A stretch of DNA of 64,000 nucleotides. Source: Chiloscyllium plagiosum (taxonomy: Eukaryota). The DNA lies in contig NC_057719.1 in assembly GCF_004010195.1 (NCBI RefSeq), positions 38,043,722-38,107,721 on the forward strand, read 5' to 3'. The notes under the pieces are model-generated. The model was given only the letters and a program-made list of their open reading frames with translations, made no database searches and was not told where the DNA came from. Shown here one piece after another: positions 13,883-27,202 of the stretch. A program made the position numbers and the translations under genes. Every line of letters begins with the position of its first letter. The stretch's first letter is position 1.

Positions 13883-14050
13883 TGTAATCCAAAAAACTAT
13901 GGATGCTAAAAATCTGAAACAAAAATAGAAATTGCTGTAGAAATTCAGCGGGTCTGGTAGCTGCTATGGAGAGAAAGCAGAACTAATATTTCAAGTCCAG
14001 TGACCCTTCTTCAGAACCTGCTGAGTTTCTCTAACAATTCCTGTTTAGGT
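13883..14050 (-). mobile_element. Fold-back PLE-end element, family B, degenerate hammerhead
   Basis: 12-bp TSD TCTTAACAAACT (13871-13882 / 14051-14062). Minus strand reads GTT-CTGAAGA-AGGGTC-ACTG-GACTT-GAAA. Short inverted arm 14016-14050 pairs with 13921-13953. Confidence 0.7.
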
Positions 14051-14274
14051 TCTTAACAAACTACCTATCCCATCCCAATGGCAATAATCTCACCTGATTT
14101 TAGCCCCATTCTACCACCCACCATGCCCAGAGAATTAGCTGGGTGCCTGTCCCTGAAGGCAAAGTAAGCCTGAAGCAGTATTAGAATGATAGTTGCTGTT
14201 TCACCCTGAGGTACAGCATTGAAGTTCCAATGCTGTAAGTGGAACAGAGGGTTCATGCAGATTGGCACGTACTG

Positions 14275-14672
14275 TCACAGAGTCCGAGAACTATCCTGCA
14301 TGGAAATAGATCCTCAGTCCAACTCATCAACGCTGACCAACTTTTCCAAAATAAGCTAGTCCCACTTGGCTGCATTTGGCTCATATCTCTTTAAACCTTT
14401 TCTATTCATATACCTATCCAAATGTCTTTTAAATGTTGCAACTGTACCTGCATCAGCCACTTCCTCTGACTGTTCATTCCATATATGAACCACCTGCTGT
14501 GTGAAAATGTTGCCCCTCGGGGCTTTTTTAAGTCCTTCTCCTCTCACTTTAAGAAATCTCCACTTCTTTTGAACTCACCCACCCTAGGGAAGAGACCTTT
14601 GCTATTCACCAAATCTGTACCCTCATGATTTTATAAATCTCTATCAGGTCACCCCTCAACCTCCGACACTTC
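14275..14672 (-). mobile_element. CR1 3' fragment
   Basis: RRLRGDLIEIYKIM and VHIWNE...FKRHLDRYM on the minus strand. Confidence 0.85.
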
Positions 14673-16139
14673 AGTGTGGACATGGGTTGAGTGTGGTCAG
14701 TTCCCATGAAGTGTGCCCTGAGATGTTGATGCCTGGTGAGAAGGACAGAGTTCTTTAGGAACAAGTGGTGAGCTTGTTGCCATTTACCTGCTGCGACCTC
14801 CAAATTGAGAATTCTCAGCATCTAGTTTTTTGTGGTGTTTGGTAGGATAGAAAGCTGCACATTAATATGGCAGGATGTGATCTGGTAGGTAACGAGCAAG
14901 CTCAGTGCTCTCTAGAGAGGATTCTACTGTGAGGCATGGAACTTAATTAAAAATCAAGTTGCTCCAAATGTTGAGATAGAGCTTGCAGGATCTCCCACAT
15001 GATTCAGCCACATCCGCCAAAAGCCCACATCGTTCAGGCCCATATAAGATGCTGACCATGGTGCGTATGTCAACCACACCAGCATATTTCCAAAAGCAAA
15101 GATTTTCTCACACTTTCCACCCATGTATTAGTATCCTCAGTCAGGGAATTTTCAATTGTAGTAATTATGTAGTAGCAAATGCCTAAATTTTGCTAGATTA
15201 GTATTAAAAGGTGGAGAAAATCTGAACTCTATGCGAATACACAGGATATGAGGAAATGATGAGGCATTAATTATATCTTGGTTTCTCAATGTATGCGAGC
15301 AATTGTTTCATTTTAGAATAGCAAAGATGGGACCATAGGGGCAACCTGCTCAGAAATTCAAGGAAACTGCAATAACCCCTAAAAGGTTCATGGGGAATGA
15401 CTAATTAATATCCTATGGAGCTTGTTGAAATGACGCAGGGATGGGTCTGCATGACTGCCTGCCCTGGACTGGGACTAGCCTATATACAGGCCAAGTAGTG
15501 GCTGTATTTTGGTGTTCAATAATAAATGATGATCCTTTCCAGTCGGGTTTCCTGAATTATTACATTGACAAAAAGAATAGGTTAGGTCAGGTGGCAAAAA
15601 AGTGACAGTTGAAAGATAATGTGGAAGACTGTGAATTATGTTCTTATGTTTCATATGTACTTAAGTTGTTGTGGAACAAATATCACTTTATTTCACTTTC
15701 ACTGTTCATTTTCAGTCATTTTTAAGATTTAAATTTGCAATATCATTTATGAACCTTAAAAACTGCTATGGCATCATTGCTCGATTACCAGCTTTCATTA
15801 TTTAAAATCTATTAGGACCTGATTTACCCACTGCAGGTGGAATTTGGAAGTTGGGACTGATCCCATGTTGAGTTCCTGTCTCAGACTCCAAGCTGTCATG
15901 ACGCAACACCTACTTCCTAATGTAAACTGGACGTGGGTCTGCTACCAGCTTTGGCAAAGTATACTCAGAAATGAATGTGTGCTTATTTGAGAGTGGGCTT
16001 GACTACCATCCTTCCATCTTTGTAGAAGGTTGAGAGTTGTTGGCTGCAGTTTGCAGTGTGATAACTGGCCTCCAAATGTTCTTGCTCTCCAATTGACAGA
16101 CCAGTCAGCATTTTCAATTATTACTTCCTTCACAATCAA

Positions 16140-16460
16140 TACAAGATGCACTGCAGTAATTCACCAAGGTTTCTTAGACAGCACCTTCCAAATCCATGAA
16201 CACTTCCATCTAGAAAGACAAGGTCAGCAGATGCATGGGAGCACCACCACCTGCAAGTTATTCTCCAAGCCACTCACCATCCTGACTGGGAACCATATTG
16301 CCATGTCTTCATTATCACTGAGTAGAATCCTGGACCTCCATCCGTAGCAGCTTTGTGAGTGTCCCTACAATCCAAGGGTTTCAGCAGTTTAAGAAGGCAA
16401 CTCACCACCATCTACTAACCAGCAATGCCCACATTCACATGTATGAGTTTATAAAAAAAG
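16140..16460 (+). mobile_element. LINE family B 3' fragment
   Basis: Similar to 42600-42880; A-rich end. Confidence 0.65.
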
Positions 16461-17689
16461 CCTCAATAAAAAATGACCAGAATAATGAAATGATTGTGAT
16501 CAATTGAATTGTTTAAACAATCCAACTTAGAGTTTTAAAGCACTATTTCCAGTGACTGACTGATGCCCTGTCTCCATTCCTGTTCACACCATCACTCACT
16601 GGGTAGAATTGCTGAAGACTCCTGATTTCCAGCTTCTTCCTGGAAAAAGTTGTCGCAATTAAAATCAAGCCTGTTTGTGAGGCCCAATCTGCTTAATGAA
16701 TGCTTTAATAGGTGCCAGTCTGATTTGCCACTTGCCTTTTTCTGAAACTGCACAAAAAGATAGAATGTGGAGATGGAGATAGACTTCTGGCAGCTGCTCG
16801 GCAGCCATTGTCTTTTATGATTCCACCTCCATTTGTATCCCAATAAGGATGGAAATTCCAATCAGATTTCTCCAGTTTCCTCAAATTACAGATTTCCTAA
16901 TCCCTGGTTGGTTTTATTTGTTACTGTTTTCACTATTACCAGTGACTGAATGTCTCCTATGTGCCTTGATAAGTAGAATTATCTTCAGTACTTTAAGTGC
17001 TGTCTGGCCAACATACCACATAGTTGATGAATTGCTTATTCTGACCAGTACTCTACCATTTATGCTTTGTTCTTGTTCTATGCAATCTGTTGATTGTTGC
17101 TCTAAAGTGATTGAATAAGTTATGCGTCAAATCCACAAAATATCCAAGATAACTTTCTACTTCGTATTGATTATTTTCCACACTTCACACTGTGCTTGTG
17201 CATTTTTTTTACTTTATGTAATACTTTAAATGCACATTATATGAAATTTTAAACACTCAGCACAATGAAATATTTTGTCCAATGTGGGTCATATTAGCTT
17301 TTAGAGTCAGTTGCCTTTCTAGTTGTTCAGCTGCAGATTGATCATGTTGTTTTAAGTTTCAAAACTGAAGTTCCAATACTGTTTTCCAAGGTATCCCACT
17401 TGTCATATTTCCCTTAACAGCAATAACAACTTATGTTCATGTGGTAAATTTAAAGTAATACATTGTCTCAAGCCACTCTACAGGAACATTATAAATCCAA
17501 ACATTGTATTGAACTCCATGAGAAGATATTGGGTCAAATGTTTAGTCAAACAGGAAAGTTTTAAGAAATATCTTAAAGGGGCAAAGTGAGGAGAGGGGGT
17601 TGGGTGTGGAGAAAGTATTCCAAAACTTGGGGCATAGGCAACTGTTTCATTTTCCCGGAATAGAAGGAGCAAGGACCAGAGGCCCGATG

Positions 17690-20150
17690 GGAAGGTAAAT
17701 TTTAAAACATATAAAAGCTTACCTTGTGTATAGGTGGAGCACACACTGAGCAGGAGCGACCACGGGACTGCTGGGTAAGAGGGTTTTATATTTGGGTGGT
17801 TGCTTTACCCGAAACTCTACTCGGGTAATGTCTCCCACCCGTCCTCATCCTCTGACCAAAAATAAAGGTTCTGTAAGGTGATTGGTAAGGTGACTGTTTT
17901 TTTTTAGTTTTTCAGTAGTCCCGTTGGGAATTTAGAATTGTGGGAATGGAGGTTAGGGCAGTTGAATATTCCTCCTGCAGAATGTGGGAGATAAGGGTCA
18001 CCAGTCATGTCCTGCTGACTACATCTATGGGAAATGCACCCAACTCCAGCTCCTTGAAAACCATGTTAGGGAACTGGACCTGGAGCTGGATGAACTTCAG
18101 ATCATTTGGGAGGTGGAGGGGGTTATTGAGAGGAGTTACAATGAGGTAGTTGACTTACGGGGGGGGGGGGGGGGACTTACCAGGGGTAAGCCATGGGGTA
18201 CAGGTCTCTGGCACAGAGTTTGTCCCTGTTGCTCAGAAGGGAGGGTGGGGAGAGGAGCAGAGCATTAGACATTGGGGGCTCTATATTAAAAGGGACAGAT
18301 AGGAAGTTCTGTGGGAACGAGAAAGACTCGTATTTGGTGTGTTGCCTCCCAGGTACCAGGGTTCGTGATGTCTCGGATTGTGTTTTTAGGATCCTTGAGG
18401 GGGAGGGAGAACAGCCCCAAGTCATGGTCCCATTTGGCACCAACAACATAAGTAGGAAGAGAGATGGGGATTTAAGGCAGAAATTCAGGAAGCTAGGGTG
18501 GAAGCTTAGAGCTAGAACAAACAGAGTTGTTATCTCTAGTTTGTTGCCTGTGCCACATGCTAGTGAGGTGAGGAATAGGGAGAGAGAGGAGTTGAACACT
18601 TGGCTACAAGGATGGTGCAGGAGGGAGGGTTTTGGATCCCTGGATAATTGGGCCTCTTTCTGGGGTAGGTGGGACCTCTACAAACAGGATGGACTTCATC
18701 TGAACCAGAGAGGTACCAATATTCTGGGAGGGATGCTTGCTAATGCTCTTTGGGTGGATTTAAACATTCACCAGGGGGATGGAAACCTAAACTGTAGTTC
18801 CAGTATATGGGAGGTAGTGAGTAGTGAAGTCAGAATTAAGATTTCAAGATCACAAGAAGGCACCGACAAGCAAGAAGTTAGTCTGAAGTGTGTCAACTTC
18901 AACACCAGGAGCATCCTGGAATAAGGTAGGTGAACAAGCTGCATGGGTTGGTACCTGGGATTTCAATGTTGTGGCCATTTCAGAAATATAGATAGAGCAG
19001 AGACTGGAATGGTTATTGCAGGTTCCAGGATTTAGATGTTTCAGTATGAACAGAGAAAACAGTAAAAGAGGAGGTGGTGTGGCATTGTTAGTCAAGGAGT
19101 ACCCGGTTGCAGAAAGGATGTTTGAGGACCCGTCTACTGAGGTAGTATGGGCTGAGATTAGAAACAGGATAGGAGAGGTTACCCTGTTGAAAGTTTTCTG
19201 AAGGTCGCCAAATAGTTCCAGAGATGTAGAGGATAGGATAGCAAAGATGATCCTCAATAGGAGCAAGACTGACAGGGTAGTTGTGATGGGGGACTTTAAC
19301 GTTCCAAATATTGACTGGGAATACTTTAGGAGAAAGTGAGGACTGCAGATGCTGGAGATCAGAGCTGAAAAATGTGTTGCTGGAAAAGTGCAGCAGGTCA
19401 GGCATCATCCGAGGAGCAGGAGAATTGACGTTTCGGACATAAGCCCTTCTTCAGGAATTCCAAAACGTCGATTCTCCTGCTCCTCGGATGCTGCCTGACC
19501 TGCTGTGCTTTTCCAGCTGGGAATACTTTAGTTCAAATAGTTTAGATGGGTCAGTTTTTGTCCAACGTGTGCAGGAGGGTTTTCTGACACAGTATGTAGA
19601 CAGGCCAACAAGGGGCGATGCCACATTAGGAGTGGTACTGGGATGAACCCGGCGAGATGTTAGATTTGGAGGGAGGTGAGCACTTTGGTTTTGGTGACCA
19701 CAATTCAGTTATTTTACTTTAGTGATGGAAAGGGATAGGTATATACCAAAAGGCAAAAGTTATAGCTGGCGAAATGCAATTACGATGCGGTTAGGCAAGA
19801 TTTAGGATGCATTGGATGGGAAAGGAACCTGCAGGGCACAATTAAAATGTGGAGTTTATTCAAGGACCAGCTATTGCAGGTCCTTGATAAATATGTACCG
19901 GTAAGGCAGGGAGGAAGTTGTTGAGCGCGGGAGCTGTGGTTTACTAAGGAAGTTGAATCTCTTGTCAAGAAGAAGAAGAAGGCTTATGTTAGGATGAGAT
20001 GTGATGGCTCAGTTAGAGCATTTGAGAATTACAAGTTAGTCAGGAAAGACCTAAAGAGAGAGCTAAGAAGAGCCAGGAGGGGACATGAGAAGTCATTGGC
20101 AGATAGGATCAAGGAAAACCCTAAGGCTTTCAATAGGTATTTCAGGAATA
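17690..20150 (+). mobile_element. CR1 5' portion: 5' UTR, ORF1 (Cys-rich + SGNH esterase-like) and ORF2 endonuclease, disrupted
   Basis: SSCRMWE...KCTQLQLLENHVRELDLEL; IGGSILKGTDRKFCG..VCCLPGTRVRDV..GTNN..DGLHLN; APE motifs RGGGVALLVK and VMGDFN.PNIDW. Confidence 0.9.
19329..19516. mobile_element. Fold-back PLE-end element, family A
   Basis: TSD CTGGGAATACTTTA (19315-19328 / 19517-19530); inverted arms around ~19455; minus-strand CTGAAGAAGGGCTTATGTCCGAAACGTC. Confidence 0.88.
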
Positions 20151-21299
20151 TTTATCACAAGTGTCCTTGACTGCCAGGGCACTCAGAGAAAATGACTTAT
20201 CAAAGAACACTTCATATTAACTAACGCTTCTGATTGTGGAGGTTTGCATTATTGAGGAAAGCACTGTCCGTCTGAAAGGGTTTAAAATTCAAGTACTACC
20301 TACCATCTCCTAAACGTGCGAGAGAGTATCATGAAGTGTGTCATTTGAACTCACCTCAAATGACAATGATCATATCCCTTATTTTTCTTATTTGGTTTCC
20401 ACCACAGGACAAACATCTTGAGTTGCCACCATAAGCTGAGAGGGACTCTTGCTCATCCCCGAAGAAGGCAGAGCCCTCACATCTTTCTTCATCTTCACAT
20501 CCCTGCTCCACATCAGATACATGCGCCTCAGTTGGTGGTTATGTATGAAGCACCTCAAAGCTTCCACACAATGTGAACATATCAGAGACACAAGACCAAC
20601 TGTCAGACACATGATATCATGCAGGCTGCTAGTAATCATGTGTTGCAGTGTTGGAAGTGATCTAGATGCTGAGCCCCAGTCTGATGATGAGTCCCTGGAG
20701 TTGTTCATGATGAATACTACTGGACATTTTGTGGGAGGAATGTGAAGATGTGGCAGAGATTCCAAAGAACTTATGTACGCTGGCAGGAATGGTGCAGAAA
20801 TCCATGCAAGCTATGGGTGCTGCCATCACCCACTCTGGACAAGGCATGACTTCCTCCATTCAGAGAACTACATGGAAGGCCAAACCTAGGAATTCAAAAA
20901 TTGGAAATTAGTTATGTGCTCTAAACTGCAACGTCTTGTTTCAAAGTTCTGAGTTCAAGGCAAGAGATGGCTGAGGAATGTGGAGACTTGTCACAGTTTT
21001 ATTTTCACAAAAAAGCAGACGAGTATTAAATAGACCTCAGGATGACGGATCAGCAGCTGCTGCAACCAGCAAAGGACACCTCTGAGGCGCTTTCTGTGGC
21101 TTCTCTGCCTCTCTGCCATTGACACATGGTGATTATTAAGCCTCATGCAGGAGATCTCCATTATGCAAGATCCCTGATAGTCTCAGGCAACCACAGGAGG
21201 CACAACAAGATTATCACAGACAATGGGACAACTCATTGTACCTCCATCCATGGGTTTAGTGCTGATGTTATCAGCCATCTCTTAAGAGAGTAACCTTTG

Positions 21300-21850
21300 T
21301 CCTGCATCAGCAACTATCTAAAGTTTGTGCCCACTGAATATTCCTGGCACCTGGCAGTGCCTCAGTACATAGGGATTATGGCTGCTGCCTGAACAGTGTG
21401 CACAGACCTGCATTGTCTGTTGTTGCATACCAGCTGTGTGTGAGAGGAATGATATTCCTTCCAGTCTGTGAATCCCCAGCAGGCAAGAAGGTTCTTTAAT
21501 GGCCACATGAGTTCAGACTATTATGCCTTTGGAAACTGGTAATACTGTCATAGCCTTTGGCTCTTTCAGTTTAATTGGCATTGTTGTCTGTAAATAAAAT
21601 ACATTCATGGGTTCCAAGCACCACCTTGAAGCAGAGAAGCATAGCCAGCTGTGAGATCTCACATAGGTCTGCAGATGAGACCGAGAAAGACCCAACCACT
21701 AGTGAAAAGATCCAGAATCTTCAAGACCTCAGGCATCAGGTGCTTACTTCCCCAGTTGGATGTGATAGTGGGAGCTAACATGTGCTGTGGTTGTACCCCT
21801 GAACAGTCAGAGTCTTTAGAGGCATTGGTGCTCTGCCTGAGTTAGTTGAA
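21300..21850 (-). mobile_element. Decayed PIF/Harbinger (HARBI1-like) transposase
   Basis: Minus strand reads GIIV*THVAIKEP and MQVCAHCSGSSHNPYVLRHCQVPGIF, resembling DDE_Tnp_4 GAIDCTHVAI...VCARFPGS.HD..IL. Confidence 0.6.
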
Positions 21851-22140
21851 TGTATTGGTGTGACAGTCCCTTCTCTGGAGGTTCTTGCTCAACATCAGGT
21901 AAGCCAGCTGGTTGGACTACAAGGTACTCCTTTCTTTGGTCAGCTTCCCTACCCCTCCACCTTCTCCTTCCCATAGAATGGAGTGTTCCCATTCAGTGCA
22001 GTGTGCTCATCACAAATGCTACAGTGTATAATTTTCTTTATAGGATTGCCTGGCTGTTCCTTTGTCATCAGGAAATGGCTTAATTTTTAATTTTAAATGA
22101 GCAGGAAAAGAAATGAAAGCACAATACCAAATTCTGGTCA

Positions 22141-22640
22141 AGTCATAGTCACAGAAATATACAGCATGGAAATAGATGATTCGGTCCAACTTGTCCACGC
22201 CGACCAGATACCCTAACCTAATCTAGTCCCATTTGCCAGCACTTGGCCATATCCCTCTAAATCCTGCATATTCATACACCCATCCAGATACTTTTTAAAT
22301 GCTGTAATTGTACCAGCTTCCACTACTTCCTCTGGCAGTACATTCCATACACACACCATCCTCTACATGAAAAAGTTGCCCCTTAGGTCATTTTAAATTT
22401 TTCCCCTCTCACCCTAAACCCAAGCCCTCTAGTTCTTGACTCCTCTACCCAGGGAAAAGACCTTGTCTATGTATCCTATCCATGACCCTCATGATTTTAT
22501 AAATCTCTGTAAGGTCACCCCTCAGCCTCTGACGCTTCAGGGAGAACAGCCCCAGCCTATTCAGCCTCTCCCTGTAGCTCAAATTCTCCAACCCTGGGAA
22601 CATCCTTGTAAATCTTTTCTGAACCCTTTCAAGTTTCACA
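22141..22640 (-). mobile_element. CR1 (HER1-like) 3' fragment
   Basis: KLERVQKRFTRMFPGL...RLRGDL; tail present. Confidence 0.9.
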
Positions 22641-23330
22641 TCCTTCAGCCACTGTCTGACTTGAAGCCATTATACCCACCTTTCTAGCACTTCCTGTTAA
22701 AAACCTATGTCTTATTGAATGTGTTTCCTGTACAAACACCACATTTTGACAAGGGCAGAGTATTGTTCTGCTCAGTTAACTTGTTAACAAGCTCAATAGT
22801 CCTTCATTTTTATTTAAATGGATACTGACCTCTGTATTATGGGATACTGTTCACAATGTGACATCATCCTACTGGATTTTACACACATGGGACAGCAGCA
22901 ATCTTGATCTCAGAATATAAAATTCACCCTGAAATTTTGAATCCTGCAACCTAGTCCCACCTGAGACTGGAATCTTGTGGAGATGGTGGAGGGCCCTGGG
23001 TAGCACCAAATCATCTCTTTTTCCGGAAGTCCCGCTGCATCTTGTTCCACACAAGCACTTGACGACCTTTCCCCAGGAGACATTAAATGGCCATTTAAGG
23101 GCCTCAACATAAATAGCAAGTCTGGATGAGTGTGCATGGGCCTTCTTACCACATGCTTAATCGGAGTGGAACAAGAGTCACCAGCCCACATCCAAACACC
23201 CGAATGAATATCCCTCCCTTCACCTCCCTCTCTGGGCAGGGTGGGAGTGGGGCATAAGTTTCCTTTATATAGTTAACAGAAATAATTAAGAATTGCCCTT
23301 ATGCCAACTTAGTACCTGCCTTCCACCTAG

Positions 23331-24061
23331 TGTCATGGACACTGAACCTTATTGGATGGGGCATGGCAGAGTAACAAAATACCTCAGTTCAGAGACATAC
23401 CATTAGTTCTGGTTGCCTTGGAAACTGAAACTCATTAAAGTAATGTGTGCCTGGTTTGAAACACTTTCACAATATCTCACACAAAAAATAATTTTGATAC
23501 AAATAGACAAAGATACTAATGCAGTGGGAATTGTAGGTCAACTAGTTATATTTTAACACCAGACAAGATGCTTGTAAGAGTTCAATTTCTATTAAATAAA
23601 GGAAGGGGCCAAAACAGATGAAACTCTTTAAAATTTAAGGAATAGACAACCAAAGTGCCTTGTTGATGATAACTAGATCTGGAAAACCTGAAAAGTAAGT
23701 GGAACAATGATCAAGAAATACTGGAAGCTTTGACCTGGAATGACGAGAGACATTAATCTCCACTGGTGAGCTTTGATTATCATGGAACTATGCTTGTAAT
23801 GTTTCTTAATGATTTAACGTATAACACTGTGTAAAGATGTTCTGTAAAACATTTCCATTGTGCTAGTTACAGGAAATGAAAATTACCATTTTCTTTAGTT
23901 TGGTGTATCAGTTGCCTGTTAATTAATGTTGGATCTGTTTGTTTCAGTTTATTTGTTGCAGTAAAAGTCTTAAAATATGAAATCAGGTCCTTTGGATCTT
24001 CCTGTCAAACAGTAGATAATTCTCTTTTCAAAAGTTATCAGTCTCTATGGGGATGGTAACA
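23331..24061. mobile_element. Possible solo LTR
   Basis: TGTCA...TAACA termini, flanks CTAG/CTAC, non-coding. Weak evidence. Confidence 0.3.
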
Positions 24062-24445
24062 CTACCTTTCAGATCCTATGAGTTTTGAACCAGTAACTGG
24101 CCCTTCCATTGAAGACGCTGGTGGAAGACTTCAATAGCTGTGGGCCTCCAAGACCCAACTGTAGACGTTTAGCACCTTGGTGTAGACCAAATAATTCCGG
24201 TCCAGCTGGCTATGTGACACCAGTAAGTGCTGTATAAGTTAATTGTTCTGAAAGGTTAATGTTAGAGACTGCTTTAAGCCTCCAACCAATCTGATGTCAT
24301 ACAAGTTTGTGCATAAGACAAAGTATTTGAGAATCTTGAAGAGGATAGGCCTGTCATCCTCATAATTTTATTAACAATGCCTATCTTACTAATGTAATTT
24401 GTATCTGATTACTATCATGTAATAAACTACATTGTGTCTTTTCTT

Positions 24446-24585
24446 GGAGTAGGAGAATCGATGTTTTGGGCATAACCCTTCATCAGGAATGAGTGGGCAT
24501 TCTCGGATGCTGCCTGACCTGCTGTGCTTTTCCAGCATCACACTCTCGACTCTGATCTCCAGCACCTATACTCCTCACTTTCTCC
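24446..24585. mobile_element. PLE-end family A with 5' inversion
   Basis: Inverted hammerhead-containing piece (24446-~24497) joined to a sense 3' piece ending CTCACTTTCTCC. Confidence 0.8.
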
Positions 24586-25074
24586 AAGAGACTCTTCTTG
24601 TCAAAATTTAGTTGTTGGCAATAAACGACCGCAGCTGCAAGCTGCCAGAAGTTGAATCCCAAAATCAAATGTGACAATAGGCAGAATGAACGGTGGGGAC
24701 AGTGAGCATGCAGTCTTCGTGAGAGAACAGCAGGTGTCTGTCAGATGGAGCTGAAGGTTGGTCTTCTGGGAATGTGCCTCTACTTTCATTACTCCAGGTG
24801 AGAAATGTCTGCAAAATCTGTCTCGAGCATTCTAAACATTCTGGTCAGCACATGTGCTGTCATAATGTATCAGAAATCCAAAGTACTATGTGCTGTGAAG
24901 GTCAGTCTAAGAACAATCCAACAGTCACCCCTACATTGCAGGTACGATCTCTATCTTGCTCTGAGTACTAGATGCCAATTAGCTAACAAGCCAGTCAAAA
25001 GGAAATAGGGACAACAGCAGACTCTCTCTCTCGAAATGCAGCCAACCAACCACTGTCAAAATGAAACAAGACAG

Positions 25075-25657
25075 AGTATAGGAGTTGAAAAATCATGTTG
25101 AGGTTGTATAAGACATTGGTGAGGCCTCTTCTGGAATATTGTGTCCAGTTCTGGTTGCCCAGTTATAGAAAGGATATTTTTAGGCTGGAGATGGCTCAGA
25201 AGATATTTACCAGGATTTTGCCGGGTATGGAAAGTCTGTGTTATAAGGAAAGGCTGGATAAGCTGTGATTTTTTTCACTGGGACATAGAAGATTGAGAAG
25301 GGACCTGATTGAGGTTTATACAATAACGAGGGGTATAGAGTTAACGGTAGGTGTCTTTTCCTAGGATGGAGAATTTCAAGACTAGAGGGCACATTTTTAA
25401 AGTGAGAGGAGAGGCATGAGAGACAACCTTTTTACACAGAGGGTGGATCGTGTGTGGAATGGACACCTTGAGGAAACGGTGAATGAGGTTTAAAACGTTT
25501 AAAAGACATTTGGATAAGTACATGAATAGGAAAGGTTTGGAGGGATATGGGCCAGGAACAATCAGGTGGGACAAGTTAGTTTGGGATTATGTTCAGCATG
25601 GACTGTTTGGACCATAGGGTCTGTTTCTGTGTGTGATGTGTGACTTTATGGCTCTAA
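25075..25657 (+). mobile_element. CR1 3' fragment
   Basis: LYKTLVRPLLEYCVQFW motif; tail. Confidence 0.88.
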
Positions 25658-27099
25658 GACAATTTTAACTAACTTGCGCAGCCAAAATTCCAAAATTGAT
25701 TGTTCAATTAACAATTTTCCACTAGCCACTCTTTAGTAATGGCCCCGAGATACTGATCCAAATTATTTCATAACATTTATCTATTTTTGTGGTCACTTAT
25801 TCTTTCTAATCTGCACACATGTATGTTGGGTTATTATTTCTTTTTGCATTTTATAACTAATAAACTCAATCTTTTGTTAACTCATTAGATTGGCTCCTTT
25901 TAAAACATAAATTCACTTGGTCTACCTACCTCTGCTGGTATTTTATCAGTGGGAGGGTGTGTGCAAAGACAGACAAAGCTGTCAGGTAAATGCTGGTGGC
26001 TTGGACAAGAGTTTGGAGAGGAGGTTCTTACTGTTTGGTGACTCAGTATCTAACAAAGGGCCTTGACCAGCTGATTGGGGCCCCTTTCCCTGTCTGACTG
26101 GCCCTGGAAAGGCTGCCCCACTTACCTTCCAATCCGTCATTGCCATGGCACCTTGTTGGAGAATGGCTAGAGTCCCAGCAGTGACCATTGCTGTCAGTGG
26201 ACTGGAGAGCTGCTGATCATCTAACTGGCTGGAAGCTCTTGGAAGCAGGACATCATTCACATGAGGACAGAAGTCATGACATCAGACAATCAGTGCCCTG
26301 ATGACCCTTAAATCTAATTGCGGGGCATTAGCTGGTGAGGCTGTTTCACCACCAGCCTTTAAGCCAATTCTTCTTGTACAATCCAGTCCATTTCTTTCTT
26401 GATCATTTTGAATTGAACTACCTTACTGTGTGTTATTGGACTTTAAACATTAACTTTTATGTAACTTCCTGATTTCTATTTATGGGTGAATACGGAGCTC
26501 ATAGTTCTTTATCTGCCATTCATCTGTGTTCAGGCATTTTGTTTTAATAAAGGGAATAACTTAGCTGTTTTCCTCTCTTGCTAGAGTTCTTAAGTTGTAC
26601 TGCTATAAGAAATGAATTGTGGGAGAATATAATTAATTACAATACAGTGAGTGAAAACTTTAAGTAATTGCTGCCTTTTTTGGGGGCTTTGTGAGTGCCG
26701 TTGGATTCCAAATTAGAGTCTGTGGTGCACCAAAAGAATCTTGTGGGAAAATCATGCCAGATGTTATATTGGTGAAGCTGTTAATGTATGTAGTCCAACT
26801 GCCAAAAATATGTGGAGTAGGCAGAACATCTCATTAAACAGCATTCACCAGAAAACCTGTGATACCGTTTTGGATTGCAACATTCCAACTAATGCCCTAT
26901 CCCAGTGTCACATTGAATGCATTAAGCTGCAGGAAGAAACCTCCCACCCACCAAATTACCCCTATTTAAATGGATTGACACCATTTACAAGTTTGTTATT
27001 GGTTGATTTCTTCTGTCTGTTTTTTAAACCTATAAGTGCCTGCTGCTCTCTGTAGTTGTTTTAAGTTGTAAAAGCCTACAGGGAGTGATGTGACAGGTG

Positions 27100-27202
27100 G
27101 GAGAAAGTAAGGACTGCAGATGACTGAAGATCAGGGTTGAGAGTGTGGTGCTGGAAAATCATAGCAGGTCAAGAAGCAGGAGAATCAAATTTCGGGCATA
27201 AG
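27100..27202 (-). mobile_element. PLE-end family A, single decayed arm
   Basis: GGAGAAAGTAAGGACTGCAGATG...TTTCGGGCATAAG. Confidence 0.75.

Noticed and set aside
18193..18924. 243-aa ORF as a host SGNH esterase gene
   Set aside because: It lies directly before CR1 endonuclease motifs, so it is CR1 ORF1, and it is frameshifted.
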